Part shown: positions 8,697 to 16,951 of the stretch, one piece after another
How positions within the stretch are numbered: the first letter of the stretch is position 1
Layout: the number at the start of each line of letters is the position of its first letter
Assembly: GCF_051668705.1 (NCBI RefSeq)
Contig: NZ_CP196351.1
Location: 1,945,900-1,977,899 of the forward strand
Direction of reading: 5' to 3'
Length of the DNA: 32,000 nucleotides
DNA from: Parasphingorhabdus sp. DH2-15
Lineage (GTDB): Bacteria > Pseudomonadota > Alphaproteobacteria > Sphingomonadales > Sphingomonadaceae
Made by a program: the position numbers and the translations under genes
The notes under the pieces: generated by a model
Seen by the model: the letters and a program-made list of their open reading frames with translations, nothing else
Databases searched by the model: none
What the model was told of the DNA's origin: nothing

Positions 8697-9404
8697 TCAG
8701 ATTGCATTTTCTTTCTCAAGCTCTTTCAAAAGCTCTTCAAGCTGATCACTGATAATGGCGTTGCTATCACCGCCGCCAAAAGTGATGGCGCCGCTGGAGA
8801 AGGTGGTGCCAAATGTGTCGGCAACGGTTTTTGTCTGTAATAAACCAGAGGCAAAATCACGCTCCGTCAATGACGGTAAAGGGTGAATGAACGTCCCCCA
8901 AACCAAGTCTTGCGCAACGGCGTAACGTGCATCAAGGGCGCTATCAAAATTGGCCTGCAATAACCGTAGCAAAGCACCTTCAGGCAAGTCCTCAACGGTA
9001 GAAATAGGGGTCATAATCCGCATACGGCCAGCATTAACGTCCGTGATGACCAGAATCTGTGTATCGTCGATACTCAATTGCCAATTATTGCCATCCCGTG
9101 TGGCGTCTTCATCTACCCGTTCAATAACCTTGGCTATACGTGCCAGACCCTGCTCTGAACGCGCGACGATAGAATCTGCATCAGGCTCTGCTTCGCTTTC
9201 CTGTTCGGCCGGCGCTTCATTCACAGCTTCGTCATCATCAGACGCGTTGGCTTGACCTTCCAGTTCGCGCTGGACATCAGAAAAGTCGTCAAGCGGTGGC
9301 TGCTCATCGTTCTGCTCTTGCATGGCAAATGCGCCGCCGCTCATTGGCAGCGCGAGGCATGATGAAAGAAGTGCAACAGCAATGAGAGAACGGGTTTTGG
9401 TCAT
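8697..9404 (-). CDS. hypothetical secreted acidic protein with a possible CesT/YbjN-like chaperone-fold C-terminal domain
   Basis: Signal peptide MTKTRSLIAVALLSSCLALPMSGGAFA, then an Asp/Glu-rich segment of about 70 aa. The globular part is NNWQLSIDDTQILVITDVNAGRMRIMTPIS...LLRLLQANF...ARYAV. AGGAA lies 6 nt upstream of the ATG. Confidence 0.6.
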   Translation of the reverse strand: MTKTRSLIAVALLSSCLALPMSGGAFAMQEQNDEQPPLDDFSDVQRELEGQANASDDDEAVNEAPAEQESEAEPDADSIVARSEQGLARIAKVIERVDEDATRDGNNWQLSIDDTQILVITDVNAGRMRIMTPISTVEDLPEGALLRLLQANFDSALDARYAVAQDLVWGTFIHPLPSLTERDFASGLLQTKTVADTFGTTFSSGAITFGGGDSNAIISDQLEELLKELEKENAI

Positions 9405-9504
9405 GTTGGATTCCTTTTACGAAGAGGAACAGAAAGTTCCTTTGAATTATTCGCAAGAGCAAGCCATTTTGTTACCAAAAGTGAACGACTTTTAGGCTGC
9501 GCGC

Positions 9505-10308
9505 TTAATTCCCTTCAAGATCAAGCCACCTTGGCGCAAAAGCGTTCACTATGCCGCCATCGACGGGAATAGTGGTGCCCACCACATAATCGCCTGCACG
9601 GCTGGCCAAATAGATTGCCGCCGCGGCCATATCTTCGGTCTTGCCGACACGTTTGGACGGAATAGTGCGCGCCACCAATTCCTCTGCATCACGGGCCGCT
9701 TTGTTCATTTCTGACGGGAAAGCGCCCGGGGCTATGCCGGTGACAATCACATTATCGTTCAACAACCGCACCGCCATACGCTTGGTCAGCTGGATCAATG
9801 CCGCCTTGGATGCCTGATAGCTATAGGTCTCCCATGGGTTTACCCGCATGCCATCAATGGACGAGATATTGATAACCTTGGCTGGCTCAGTCTTGGTTGC
9901 CGCAGCCTTCAAAGATTTATGCAATGCCTGTGTCAGAAAGAAAGGTGATTTCACGTTCAGGTCCATAACCTTGTCCCAACCAACTTCCGGGAAATCATGA
10001 AATTCTGCGCCCCAGGCAGCGCCTGCATTATTGACCAAAATGTCCAGTCGATCTTCATGCTCTGCAAAGCGTTCAGCAAAAGCGCGCGCGCCTTCGATGC
10101 TGGACAGATCGCCTGGCAGGGAAATGCAATTGTCGCCCAATTCAGCCGCTGTTGCGTCGCATACTTCGGCTTTACGCGCGGTGATATATACCTTCGCACC
10201 AGCCGCAATATAGCCTTGTGCAATCATCTTACCAATGCCGCGCGAACCGCCGGTTACAATCGCTATACGTCCTTCTAGCGAGAAAAGTTTTTGTACGTCC
10301 ATGCTCAT
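9505..10308 (-). CDS. SDR-family oxidoreductase (RhlG / 3-oxoacyl reductase-like)
   Basis: TGGSRGIG, NNAG and YQASKAAL (YxxxK) motifs. The alternative start ATG 10302 has better spacing from the GGAG. Confidence 0.88.
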   Translation of the reverse strand: MSMDVQKLFSLEGRIAIVTGGSRGIGKMIAQGYIAAGAKVYITARKAEVCDATAAELGDNCISLPGDLSSIEGARAFAERFAEHEDRLDILVNNAGAAWGAEFHDFPEVGWDKVMDLNVKSPFFLTQALHKSLKAAATKTEPAKVINISSIDGMRVNPWETYSYQASKAALIQLTKRMAVRLLNDNVIVTGIAPGAFPSEMNKAARDAEELVARTIPSKRVGKTEDMAAAAIYLASRAGDYVVGTTIPVDGGIVNAFAPRWLDLEGN

Positions 10309-10415
10309 ATCTCCAGTAAAACCGCTAACTCGCGATATATCTCGCTCTTAAATTGGGCGCGGTAGATCAGGTCTTGACTGGCCCCTCATCCAATAGGGCA
10401 AGGGGCCATAGCCGT

Positions 10416-11552
10416 TTAATAACCGTTCAGTTCGGCAACGCGATTGGCGTGATAATTGGCATCACCCATAAATTCGCTCAATGCGCGGTCACGCTTCATA
10501 TAAAAGCCGATATCATATTCATCGGTCATGCCGATGCCGCCATGCATCTGCACACCTTCACGCACGGCCAAATTGGCTGTGCGCCCTGCTTTGGCTTTGG
10601 CGACGGATACCATGACATCTGCACCCGCATTGCCTTCATCCAGCAATTGCTGCGCCTTCATAACCGCAGCGCGCGCAATCTCCATTTCAGAATAAAGATG
10701 CGAAGCGCGGTGTTGCAGCGCCTGAAATTCGCCAATCATCTGGCCAAATTGTTTACGCTGTTTCAGATAATCAACCGTCATATCCATAGCGCCAGCGCCA
10801 ACACCCACCATTTCAGCAGCAGCGCCCGTGCGTCCGGCTTGCAGCAATGCGGTCAGCACGGCCTGTCCTTGATCGACTTCACCGATGACTGCATCGGCAT
10901 CAACCTCGACACCGTTAAAAGTCACAGCGGCGGCCTGCCCATTATCGACAAGACGTGCAGATTCAGCCGAAAGACCAGCCGTATCACGGTCCACCATGAA
11001 CAGAGTCACGCCCTCTTCATCACCTGCGCTGCCCGCAGTGCGCGCAGCAACGATAAGGGCATCGGCAGATGCGCCATGAATGACAAAGGATTTGCGGCCA
11101 TTAAGTTTAAAGCCATTGCCCGAACGGGTTGCTTCCATCGCGATTTTGTCAGGACGGTGCTTTGGCCCTTCTTCAATGGCCAGACCCAATATCGTCTCAC
11201 CGGCCAAAATGCCCGGAATATATTTGTCGCGCAAATGCTTGCCGCCGGCATTCAGGGCCGCAACACCAGCAACCGATGTCGTTAAAAAAGGTGATGGCGT
11301 CAGGTTGCGGCCAATTTCTTCAAGCACAATACCTGCTTCAAGATGGCCCATGCCCAGACCATCCTCATCTTCGCTCACCAAGATGCCGTTAAATCCCATT
11401 TCGGCAAATTGCTGCCATAGCTTGCGGCTAAACCCGTCCTCATCCTTTGCATCACGCAATCCGCGCAGATGGGACACAGGGGCTTCGGTTGACACAAAAT
11501 CACGCACGCTATCTTGCAATGCTGATTGGTCATCATTCAAATACATAGCCAT
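10416..11552 (-). CDS. acyl-CoA dehydrogenase family protein (downstream member of a tandem pair)
   Basis: ORF trimmed to ATG 11552, with GGAGAG 5 nt upstream. It shows the ACAD architecture and the motif HGGIGMTDEYDIGFYMKR near the C-terminus. Confidence 0.88.
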   Translation of the reverse strand: MAMYLNDDQSALQDSVRDFVSTEAPVSHLRGLRDAKDEDGFSRKLWQQFAEMGFNGILVSEDEDGLGMGHLEAGIVLEEIGRNLTPSPFLTTSVAGVAALNAGGKHLRDKYIPGILAGETILGLAIEEGPKHRPDKIAMEATRSGNGFKLNGRKSFVIHGASADALIVAARTAGSAGDEEGVTLFMVDRDTAGLSAESARLVDNGQAAAVTFNGVEVDADAVIGEVDQGQAVLTALLQAGRTGAAAEMVGVGAGAMDMTVDYLKQRKQFGQMIGEFQALQHRASHLYSEMEIARAAVMKAQQLLDEGNAGADVMVSVAKAKAGRTANLAVREGVQMHGGIGMTDEYDIGFYMKRDRALSEFMGDANYHANRVAELNGY

Positions 11553-11634
11553 AATATCTCTCCGATATGCTGGAAGCGACAGACCGCCATGCAATGGCAT
11601 GGGCGTCCGTCGTCATTATTATTGTCGTCTCGGC

Positions 11635-12816
11635 TTATGCGCCGGGAAGTTCGAGAATACGTTTGGAAATGACGTTCAGCATCACTTCGCTGGTGCCACC
11701 TTCAATGCTGTTCGCCTTGGTACGCAGCCATGTGCGCGGTTTGGCGCCGTGATGCGATCCTTCGCTTTCCCATTCCAGCGCGTCCGAACCGCCAGATGCC
11801 ATAACCAGCTCATGCCGGCGCTTGTTCAGCTCTGTGCCAGCATATTTCATCATATTGGGCTGTGCAGGATGGCTTTTCTTCGCCTTCATTTCATCGACAA
11901 ATTTCTCTGCCATCGCTTTGAACGCCAGCACATCGACATCAAAATGCGCCAGATCAGCGCGCAGCATCGGGTCGTCTAGCTGGCCCAGCGCATTGCTGCC
12001 AATTTCAGGCTTCACCTTGCCGCCCAGTGATGCAGAACCATCGCCCAAGCCGCCGCCAGAGATCATTTCACGCTCATGCCCCAGCAGATATTTTGCAACA
12101 TCCCAGCCGCGGTTCAATTCGCCGACAATCTGGTCTTTAGGCACGGTGACATTATCAAAAAATGTCTCACAAAATGGTGAGTTGCCTGAAATCAATTTGA
12201 TAGGCTTAGTGGTAACGCCCGGTGTTTCCATATCAAACAGCAAGAAAGAAATACCGCGATATTTGTCTTCCTTGTTGGTCCGCACCAGACAGAAAATCCA
12301 GTCGCATTTATCGGCATAGCTGGTCCAGATTTTCTGGCCATTCACAACCCAATGGTCGCCCTTATCTTCACCAAATGTTTGCAAGCTGACCAGATCGGAA
12401 CCAGAGCCAGGCTCTGAATAACCTTGGCACCAGCGGATTTCACCGCGTGCAATTTGCCCCAGATAATGCACCTTTTGCTCTTCGGTACCAAAGTGCAGCA
12501 ATGCGGGACCAAGCATCCAAATGCCAAAGCTCTGCAATGGAGAGCGGGCTTTGATACGCCCCATTTCTTGACGCAATATTTTGCCCTCTGCCGGGGAAAG
12601 ACCTGCGCCGCCATATTCTTTTGGCCATTCTGGCACGGTATAGCCTTTGGCCAGACAGGCCTCAAACCATGATTTCTGCGCGTCACTTTTGAAGGTTGCG
12701 TTGCGGCCACCCCAATAAACGTCGTCTTCGCCCTTTATCGGTTGGCGCATTTCTTCAGGGCAATTTGCCTCAAGCCATGCGCGGGTCTCACTGCGAAAAC
12801 TATCCAGATCTGTCAT
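11635..12816 (-). CDS. acyl-CoA dehydrogenase family protein (upstream member of a tandem pair)
   Basis: ORF 11635..12978 trimmed to ATG 12816 (MTDLDSF...), with GAGAGGATAAGG upstream. Motifs are QGYSEPGSGSDLVSL, GQKIWTSYADKCDWIFCLVRT and IEGGTSEV. Confidence 0.88.
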   Translation of the reverse strand: MTDLDSFRSETRAWLEANCPEEMRQPIKGEDDVYWGGRNATFKSDAQKSWFEACLAKGYTVPEWPKEYGGAGLSPAEGKILRQEMGRIKARSPLQSFGIWMLGPALLHFGTEEQKVHYLGQIARGEIRWCQGYSEPGSGSDLVSLQTFGEDKGDHWVVNGQKIWTSYADKCDWIFCLVRTNKEDKYRGISFLLFDMETPGVTTKPIKLISGNSPFCETFFDNVTVPKDQIVGELNRGWDVAKYLLGHEREMISGGGLGDGSASLGGKVKPEIGSNALGQLDDPMLRADLAHFDVDVLAFKAMAEKFVDEMKAKKSHPAQPNMMKYAGTELNKRRHELVMASGGSDALEWESEGSHHGAKPRTWLRTKANSIEGGTSEVMLNVISKRILELPGA

Positions 12817-12850
12817 GATCCTTATCCTCTCAATAACGGGTTGCGTCTTT

Positions 12851-12874
12851 AATTGCGTAATTAAATACGCAATT
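12851..12874. promoter_or_regulatory. perfect inverted repeat AATTGCGTA-N6-TACGCAATT, a candidate repressor operator in the divergent ACAD/transporter control region
   Basis: The 9-bp arms are exact reverse complements, read directly from the sequence. The repeat overlaps a minus-strand -10-like TATTTA (12862-12867) that lies 17 nt from a -35-like TTGCGA (12885-12890). It also abuts a plus-strand TTGACC (12873-12878). Confidence 0.5.
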
Positions 12875-13045
12875 GACCTAGCTATCGCAAGCCCACAAAT
12901 ACAAGGAAATAGGGGCGACGCCATTTCAGCCAGCGTGCCGTAGCGGCAAGTGAACAGCGCTTGACCTAAACCGCGCATAACATATGGTGACGCTTATAAG
13001 AATCGAACAAAAACCGGCGGCACAAGCCGGATTTGGAGAGCAGCA

Positions 13046-14422
13046 TTGGCCATACTTCCCGTAAGAACTAAGCTCGGCTATGGCTTTGGCTCAGCTGCTT
13101 ATGGGATCAAGGATAATGGCTTCGCTGTTTTCCTGTTATTCTATTATAATCAAGTCATTGGCCTGGATGGATTGCTGGTTGCCGCTGCATTGGCAACCGC
13201 ACTGGTCGTCGATGCGTTTATAGACCCTTTGGTTGGCCATTTATCAGACAATACACGCACAAAAATCGGCAAACGCCACCCATGGCTATATGGCTCGGCA
13301 ATCCCAATAGCCTTGTTTTGGATGCTGCTTTGGAACCCGCCGACGATGAGTGATGGGCTGACCTTTGTCTATCTTGTGGTCACCGCTATGCTAGTACGCT
13401 TCAGCATATCGGCTTATGAAGTGCCATCATTGGCATTGCTGCCTGAATTAACCCCTGACCCACATGAGCGCACCAATATCATGCGCTATCGTTTCATGTT
13501 TGGATGGGGCGCGGGCCTTAGCATAATGGCTGTTTCCTATGGCTATTTTCTGGCTGCCACACCGGATTTCCCTGATGGACAGCTGAATCCTCAAGGATAT
13601 GAGCTCTATTCCCTTGCCGGTGCACTTGTAATGATTGTCGCCGTTCTTATTTCCGCCCGCACAACGCAAAAACGTATCGTTGGCAATTATCATCGCGGGC
13701 AGAGCGAAGCGCCAAAAAACGACGGATTGAAAGAGGTCATCCGTTCCTTCAGCTATCATCCGTTTAAATTGCTCCTGATTGCCAGCCTGTTGGCCTATAC
13801 CAATCAAGGATTGATATTCGCCCTAACCACCTATCTTTTCCGCCATGTTTGGGAGCTTTCTGAACTCGCATTTCTAGGCTATTCTTTACTGTTATTTGTG
13901 GGCGTTATCCTTGCCTTCCTAACCGTGACACCGCTATCCAAACGTATAGGCAAACCCAAAGCGGCATCATATTTTGCGGCCATTAGTCTGGCCATTGGTG
14001 TTGCACCCTATTGGCTGCGTCTGGCCGACCTCTTCCCCGCTAATGGCAGCGCAATACTTGTGCCAACCTTGTTCACCTTCGCCGTGTCTGCCAAAGGCTT
14101 TGGCATTGCGGCAATGATATTGGCCATGTCAATGATGGCCGATATTGCAGAAGGTTATGAAAAACACACTGGCCGTAAATCAGAGGGTATATTTTCCGCT
14201 GGCATGTTCTTTACGCAAAAACTTGTCGGAGGGCTTGGCCTGTTGCTCGCTGGGTTGATTATATCTTTTGTGGGGTTGCCTGATGGCGCGGCGCGCGGAT
14301 CGGTCGCAACAGAGATTGTGACCAATTTAACGCTGGCCTATGTTTCCATTAAAACTGTGATAGGGCTGGCATTAATCTGGGCCTTCCGCCAAATCCCACT
14401 GGAGAATAAAGATAGCCAGTAG
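13046..14422 (+). CDS. MFS transporter of the glycoside-pentoside-hexuronide (GPH/MelB-like) family
   Basis: The TTG start has GGAGAG 5 nt upstream. It has the GPH signature DPLVGHLSDNTRTKIGKRHPW and about 12 hydrophobic segments. Confidence 0.8.
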   Translation: MAILPVRTKLGYGFGSAAYGIKDNGFAVFLLFYYNQVIGLDGLLVAAALATALVVDAFIDPLVGHLSDNTRTKIGKRHPWLYGSAIPIALFWMLLWNPPTMSDGLTFVYLVVTAMLVRFSISAYEVPSLALLPELTPDPHERTNIMRYRFMFGWGAGLSIMAVSYGYFLAATPDFPDGQLNPQGYELYSLAGALVMIVAVLISARTTQKRIVGNYHRGQSEAPKNDGLKEVIRSFSYHPFKLLLIASLLAYTNQGLIFALTTYLFRHVWELSELAFLGYSLLLFVGVILAFLTVTPLSKRIGKPKAASYFAAISLAIGVAPYWLRLADLFPANGSAILVPTLFTFAVSAKGFGIAAMILAMSMMADIAEGYEKHTGRKSEGIFSAGMFFTQKLVGGLGLLLAGLIISFVGLPDGAARGSVATEIVTNLTLAYVSIKTVIGLALIWAFRQIPLENKDSQ

Positions 14423-14426
14423 AAAT

Positions 14427-14446
14427 AAGCGCACAATATGGCGCTT
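14427..14446 (+). terminator. weak hairpin between the transporter and the ACAD gene (attenuator or partial terminator?)
   Basis: AAGCGC (14427-14432) pairs with GCGCTT (14441-14446) around an 8-nt loop, followed only by TACG. The stem is short and the U-tract is poor. Confidence 0.25.
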
Positions 14447-14515
14447 TACGTATTCGCGGCCCTTGCGGCCAAATGAGATATTGTAAAAATACGAGGATTC
14501 GAAAGGACACAAATA

Positions 14516-15808
14516 ATGGATTTTGATCTTACAGAACGTCAGACATATTGGCGCGATCGTGTACGCGACTTTATTGAGCAGCATGTTCGCCCGCGCATGG
14601 ACGATTATAAAAATGAGCAAGCCAGCGGCGACCGCTGGAAAGTCTTGCAAGTTATTGAAGAAGAGAAAAAACGCGCCAAGGCAGCGGGCATCTGGAACCT
14701 GTTCATGCCACCTGCCAACCCTAACTTAACGCATATTGACGACAGTTTTGAATTTGAAGGCCCGGGCCTGACCAATTTGGAATATGCCCTGTGTGCAGAA
14801 GAAATGGGCCGTATCGGCTGGGCATCTGAGGTATTTAACTGTTCCGCGCCAGACACCGGCAATATGGAAGTGTTCCATCGCTATGGCACGCTGGAGCATA
14901 AAGAAGAATATCTGCGCCCATTGATGAACGGGGAAATCCGCTCTGCATTTTTGATGACGGAACCGCGCGTTGCCTCTTCTGATGCGACCAATATCGAAAC
15001 ATCGATTAAGCGTGAAGGTGATGAATATGTCATCAATGGCCGCAAATGGTGGTCATCTGGCGCAGGTGATCCACGCTGCAAAATTGCCATTGTTATGGGC
15101 AAAACCGATTTTGAGGCGAGCCGCCATAAACAGCAAAGTATGGTATTGATGCCGCTTGATGCGCCAGGCGTTAAAATCCTGCGTCACTTGCCTGTTTTCG
15201 GCTATGATGACGCGCCGCATGGCCATATGGAAATCGAACTGGAAAATGTCCGCATTCCGGCAAGCAATATGCTGCTGGGTGAAGGCCGCGGTTTTGAGAT
15301 TGCACAGGGTCGCCTCGGCCCCGGTCGGATCCACCATTGTATGCGCACCATCGGCACTGCTGAAGAAGCGCTGAAGAAAATGGTCAAGCGCCTCAACACC
15401 CGTGTTGCATTCGGTAAGCGCATTGCAGAGCATAGCATCTGGGAACAGCGTATCGCACGCGCGCGTATCGATATTGAGATGACGCGCCTGCTCTGCCTGA
15501 AAGCGGCTGATATGATGGACAAAGTCGGCAACAAAGCTGCCATGGCAGAGATTGCCATGATCAAGGTGCAAGCGCCCAATATGGCATTGCAGATCCTTGA
15601 CGACGCGATTCAGGCACATGGCGGCGGCGGTGTATCCGAAGATTTCGGCCTTGCTGCGGCCTATGCTGGCCAACGTACTTTGCGTTTGGCTGATGGTCCT
15701 GATGAAGTGCATGCACGCTCTATCTCTCGCATCGAATTTGGCAAATATCGTGACCGCGATGCCGAAGCACAAAGCATCTCCTCCGGTGATGTCGGCGCGA
15801 CACGCTAA
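14516..15808 (+). CDS. acyl-CoA dehydrogenase-fold protein, ACAD10/ACAD11/FadE2/LvaC-like
   Basis: 430 aa. The signature [24 protein letters not shown] is what I associate with the ACAD10/11 branch. AAGGA lies upstream of the ATG. Confidence 0.85.
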   Translation: MDFDLTERQTYWRDRVRDFIEQHVRPRMDDYKNEQASGDRWKVLQVIEEEKKRAKAAGIWNLFMPPANPNLTHIDDSFEFEGPGLTNLEYALCAEEMGRIGWASEVFNCSAPDTGNMEVFHRYGTLEHKEEYLRPLMNGEIRSAFLMTEPRVASSDATNIETSIKREGDEYVINGRKWWSSGAGDPRCKIAIVMGKTDFEASRHKQQSMVLMPLDAPGVKILRHLPVFGYDDAPHGHMEIELENVRIPASNMLLGEGRGFEIAQGRLGPGRIHHCMRTIGTAEEALKKMVKRLNTRVAFGKRIAEHSIWEQRIARARIDIEMTRLLCLKAADMMDKVGNKAAMAEIAMIKVQAPNMALQILDDAIQAHGGGGVSEDFGLAAAYAGQRTLRLADGPDEVHARSISRIEFGKYRDRDAEAQSISSGDVGATR

Positions 15809-15814
15809 ACGGTT

Positions 15815-16903
15815 ATGAAAGCCGCTCTTTGCACCCAAACCAAAGCGCCTTTGGAATTTGCCGATATAGCTGTCGACAACCCTAAGGCGCATGAGGTCTT
15901 GATACGCACCAAAGCGGTGGGGTTATGCCATTCTGATTTGAAATTCATTGATGGTGGCTTTCCCTATGCCTTTCCTTTCGTGCCCGGGCATGAAGCCGTG
16001 GGTGTTGTCGAAAAGGTTGGTGATGCTGTGACCCGCCTGAAAGCCGGGGATCATGTGGTCACCGTGTTGACCGCCTTTTGCGGACATTGTGAGCAATGCG
16101 TTACGGGTCACATAACGCTCTGTCAGGAGCCGGAAACCAAGCGTGATGAAGACGCGCCGCAGCGTTTGCAGCGTACAGATCACACGCCGGTGCATCAGTT
16201 TCTCAACCTGTCTGCCTATGCTGAAATGATGCTGGTGCATGAAAGCAGCTGCGTCACCATCAATCGCGACATGCCCTTTGATCGGGCGGCCTTGCTAGGC
16301 TGCGCCGTGCTAACCGGGTGCGGCTCTGTCTTTTATGACAGTAAGGTCGAACCGGGTGAAAGCGTTGCGATAATCGGCTGTGGCGGCATTGGTCTGGCGG
16401 CCATTAATGCGGCAAAAATTGCTGGTGCAGGCCGCATCATCGCCATTGATCCGCTGGAAAGCAAACGTGCTCTCGCTCAAAAACTGGGCGCAACCCATGT
16501 TTATGATTTAGCGCAGGAAGGTCTGACAGACACCATTATCGCTGATACGCGCGGCGGCTGTCATAAGGTTATTGAGGCAGTGGGCCGCTCCTCCGCTGTC
16601 GCCATGGCATGGGGCATTACGCGGCGCGGCGGCACGACTACGATATTGGGCATGGTGCCGCCGGATGATCCGGTTGTCCTGCCCGGCCCGAGCTTTTTGC
16701 AGGGGCGCAAATTGCAGGGTTCTTTATTGGGCTCTGCCCCCTTCCCTGTCACCATTCCACGACTGGTGGATTTTTACATGACCGGCGCGCTTAACCTAGA
16801 TGCGCTGGTGCATGAAATTCTGCCTTTTGACCAGATTAATCACGGATTAGATAATCTGCGCAGCGGCGAGCAGTTGCGCACTGTTATCGCCTTTGACCAA
16901 TAG
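15815..16903 (+). CDS. zinc-dependent alcohol dehydrogenase (MDR family)
   Basis: Motifs are GLCHSD, GHEAVGVV, the structural-zinc cluster CGHCEQCVTGHITLC and the Rossmann motif GCGGIGLAA. It starts 6 nt after the ACAD stop. Confidence 0.9.
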   Translation: MKAALCTQTKAPLEFADIAVDNPKAHEVLIRTKAVGLCHSDLKFIDGGFPYAFPFVPGHEAVGVVEKVGDAVTRLKAGDHVVTVLTAFCGHCEQCVTGHITLCQEPETKRDEDAPQRLQRTDHTPVHQFLNLSAYAEMMLVHESSCVTINRDMPFDRAALLGCAVLTGCGSVFYDSKVEPGESVAIIGCGGIGLAAINAAKIAGAGRIIAIDPLESKRALAQKLGATHVYDLAQEGLTDTIIADTRGGCHKVIEAVGRSSAVAMAWGITRRGGTTTILGMVPPDDPVVLPGPSFLQGRKLQGSLLGSAPFPVTIPRLVDFYMTGALNLDALVHEILPFDQINHGLDNLRSGEQLRTVIAFDQ

Positions 16904-16951
16904 CATTAAATTTGATTATTGCGCTGCCCAGCAAGAGAGGAACCGCATGAT

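Noticed and set aside
9425-9441. The hairpin AGGAAC-agaaa-GTTCCT, which contains GAAC/GTTC, between the SDR gene and the acidic secreted protein gene.
   Set aside because: It is an inverted repeat with N5 spacing, not a direct GAAC-N7-GAAC repeat, so it is not an SOS box. As a terminator it lacks a U-tract on the transcribed (minus) strand. It may simply be a 5'-UTR structure.
10353-11979. Long plus-strand ORFs (10353..11285 at 310 aa, 11080..11979 at 299 aa) overlapping the two minus-strand ACAD genes.
   Set aside because: They are antisense shadow ORFs. Their translations are low-complexity (Ser/Pro/Arg/His-rich) with no recognisable motifs, while the minus-strand frames carry clear ACAD motifs and SD-preceded starts. 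The same applies to 15053..15892(-), 16916..17413(-), 23631..24200(+), 25320..25970(+) and the off-frame 30664..31422(-).
12849-12864. TTAA...TTAA in the divergent control region as a possible CtrA box.
   Set aside because: The spacing is TTAA-N8-TTAA rather than the TTAA-N7-TTAA required for CtrA. The sequence is better explained as part of the 9-bp-arm palindrome.
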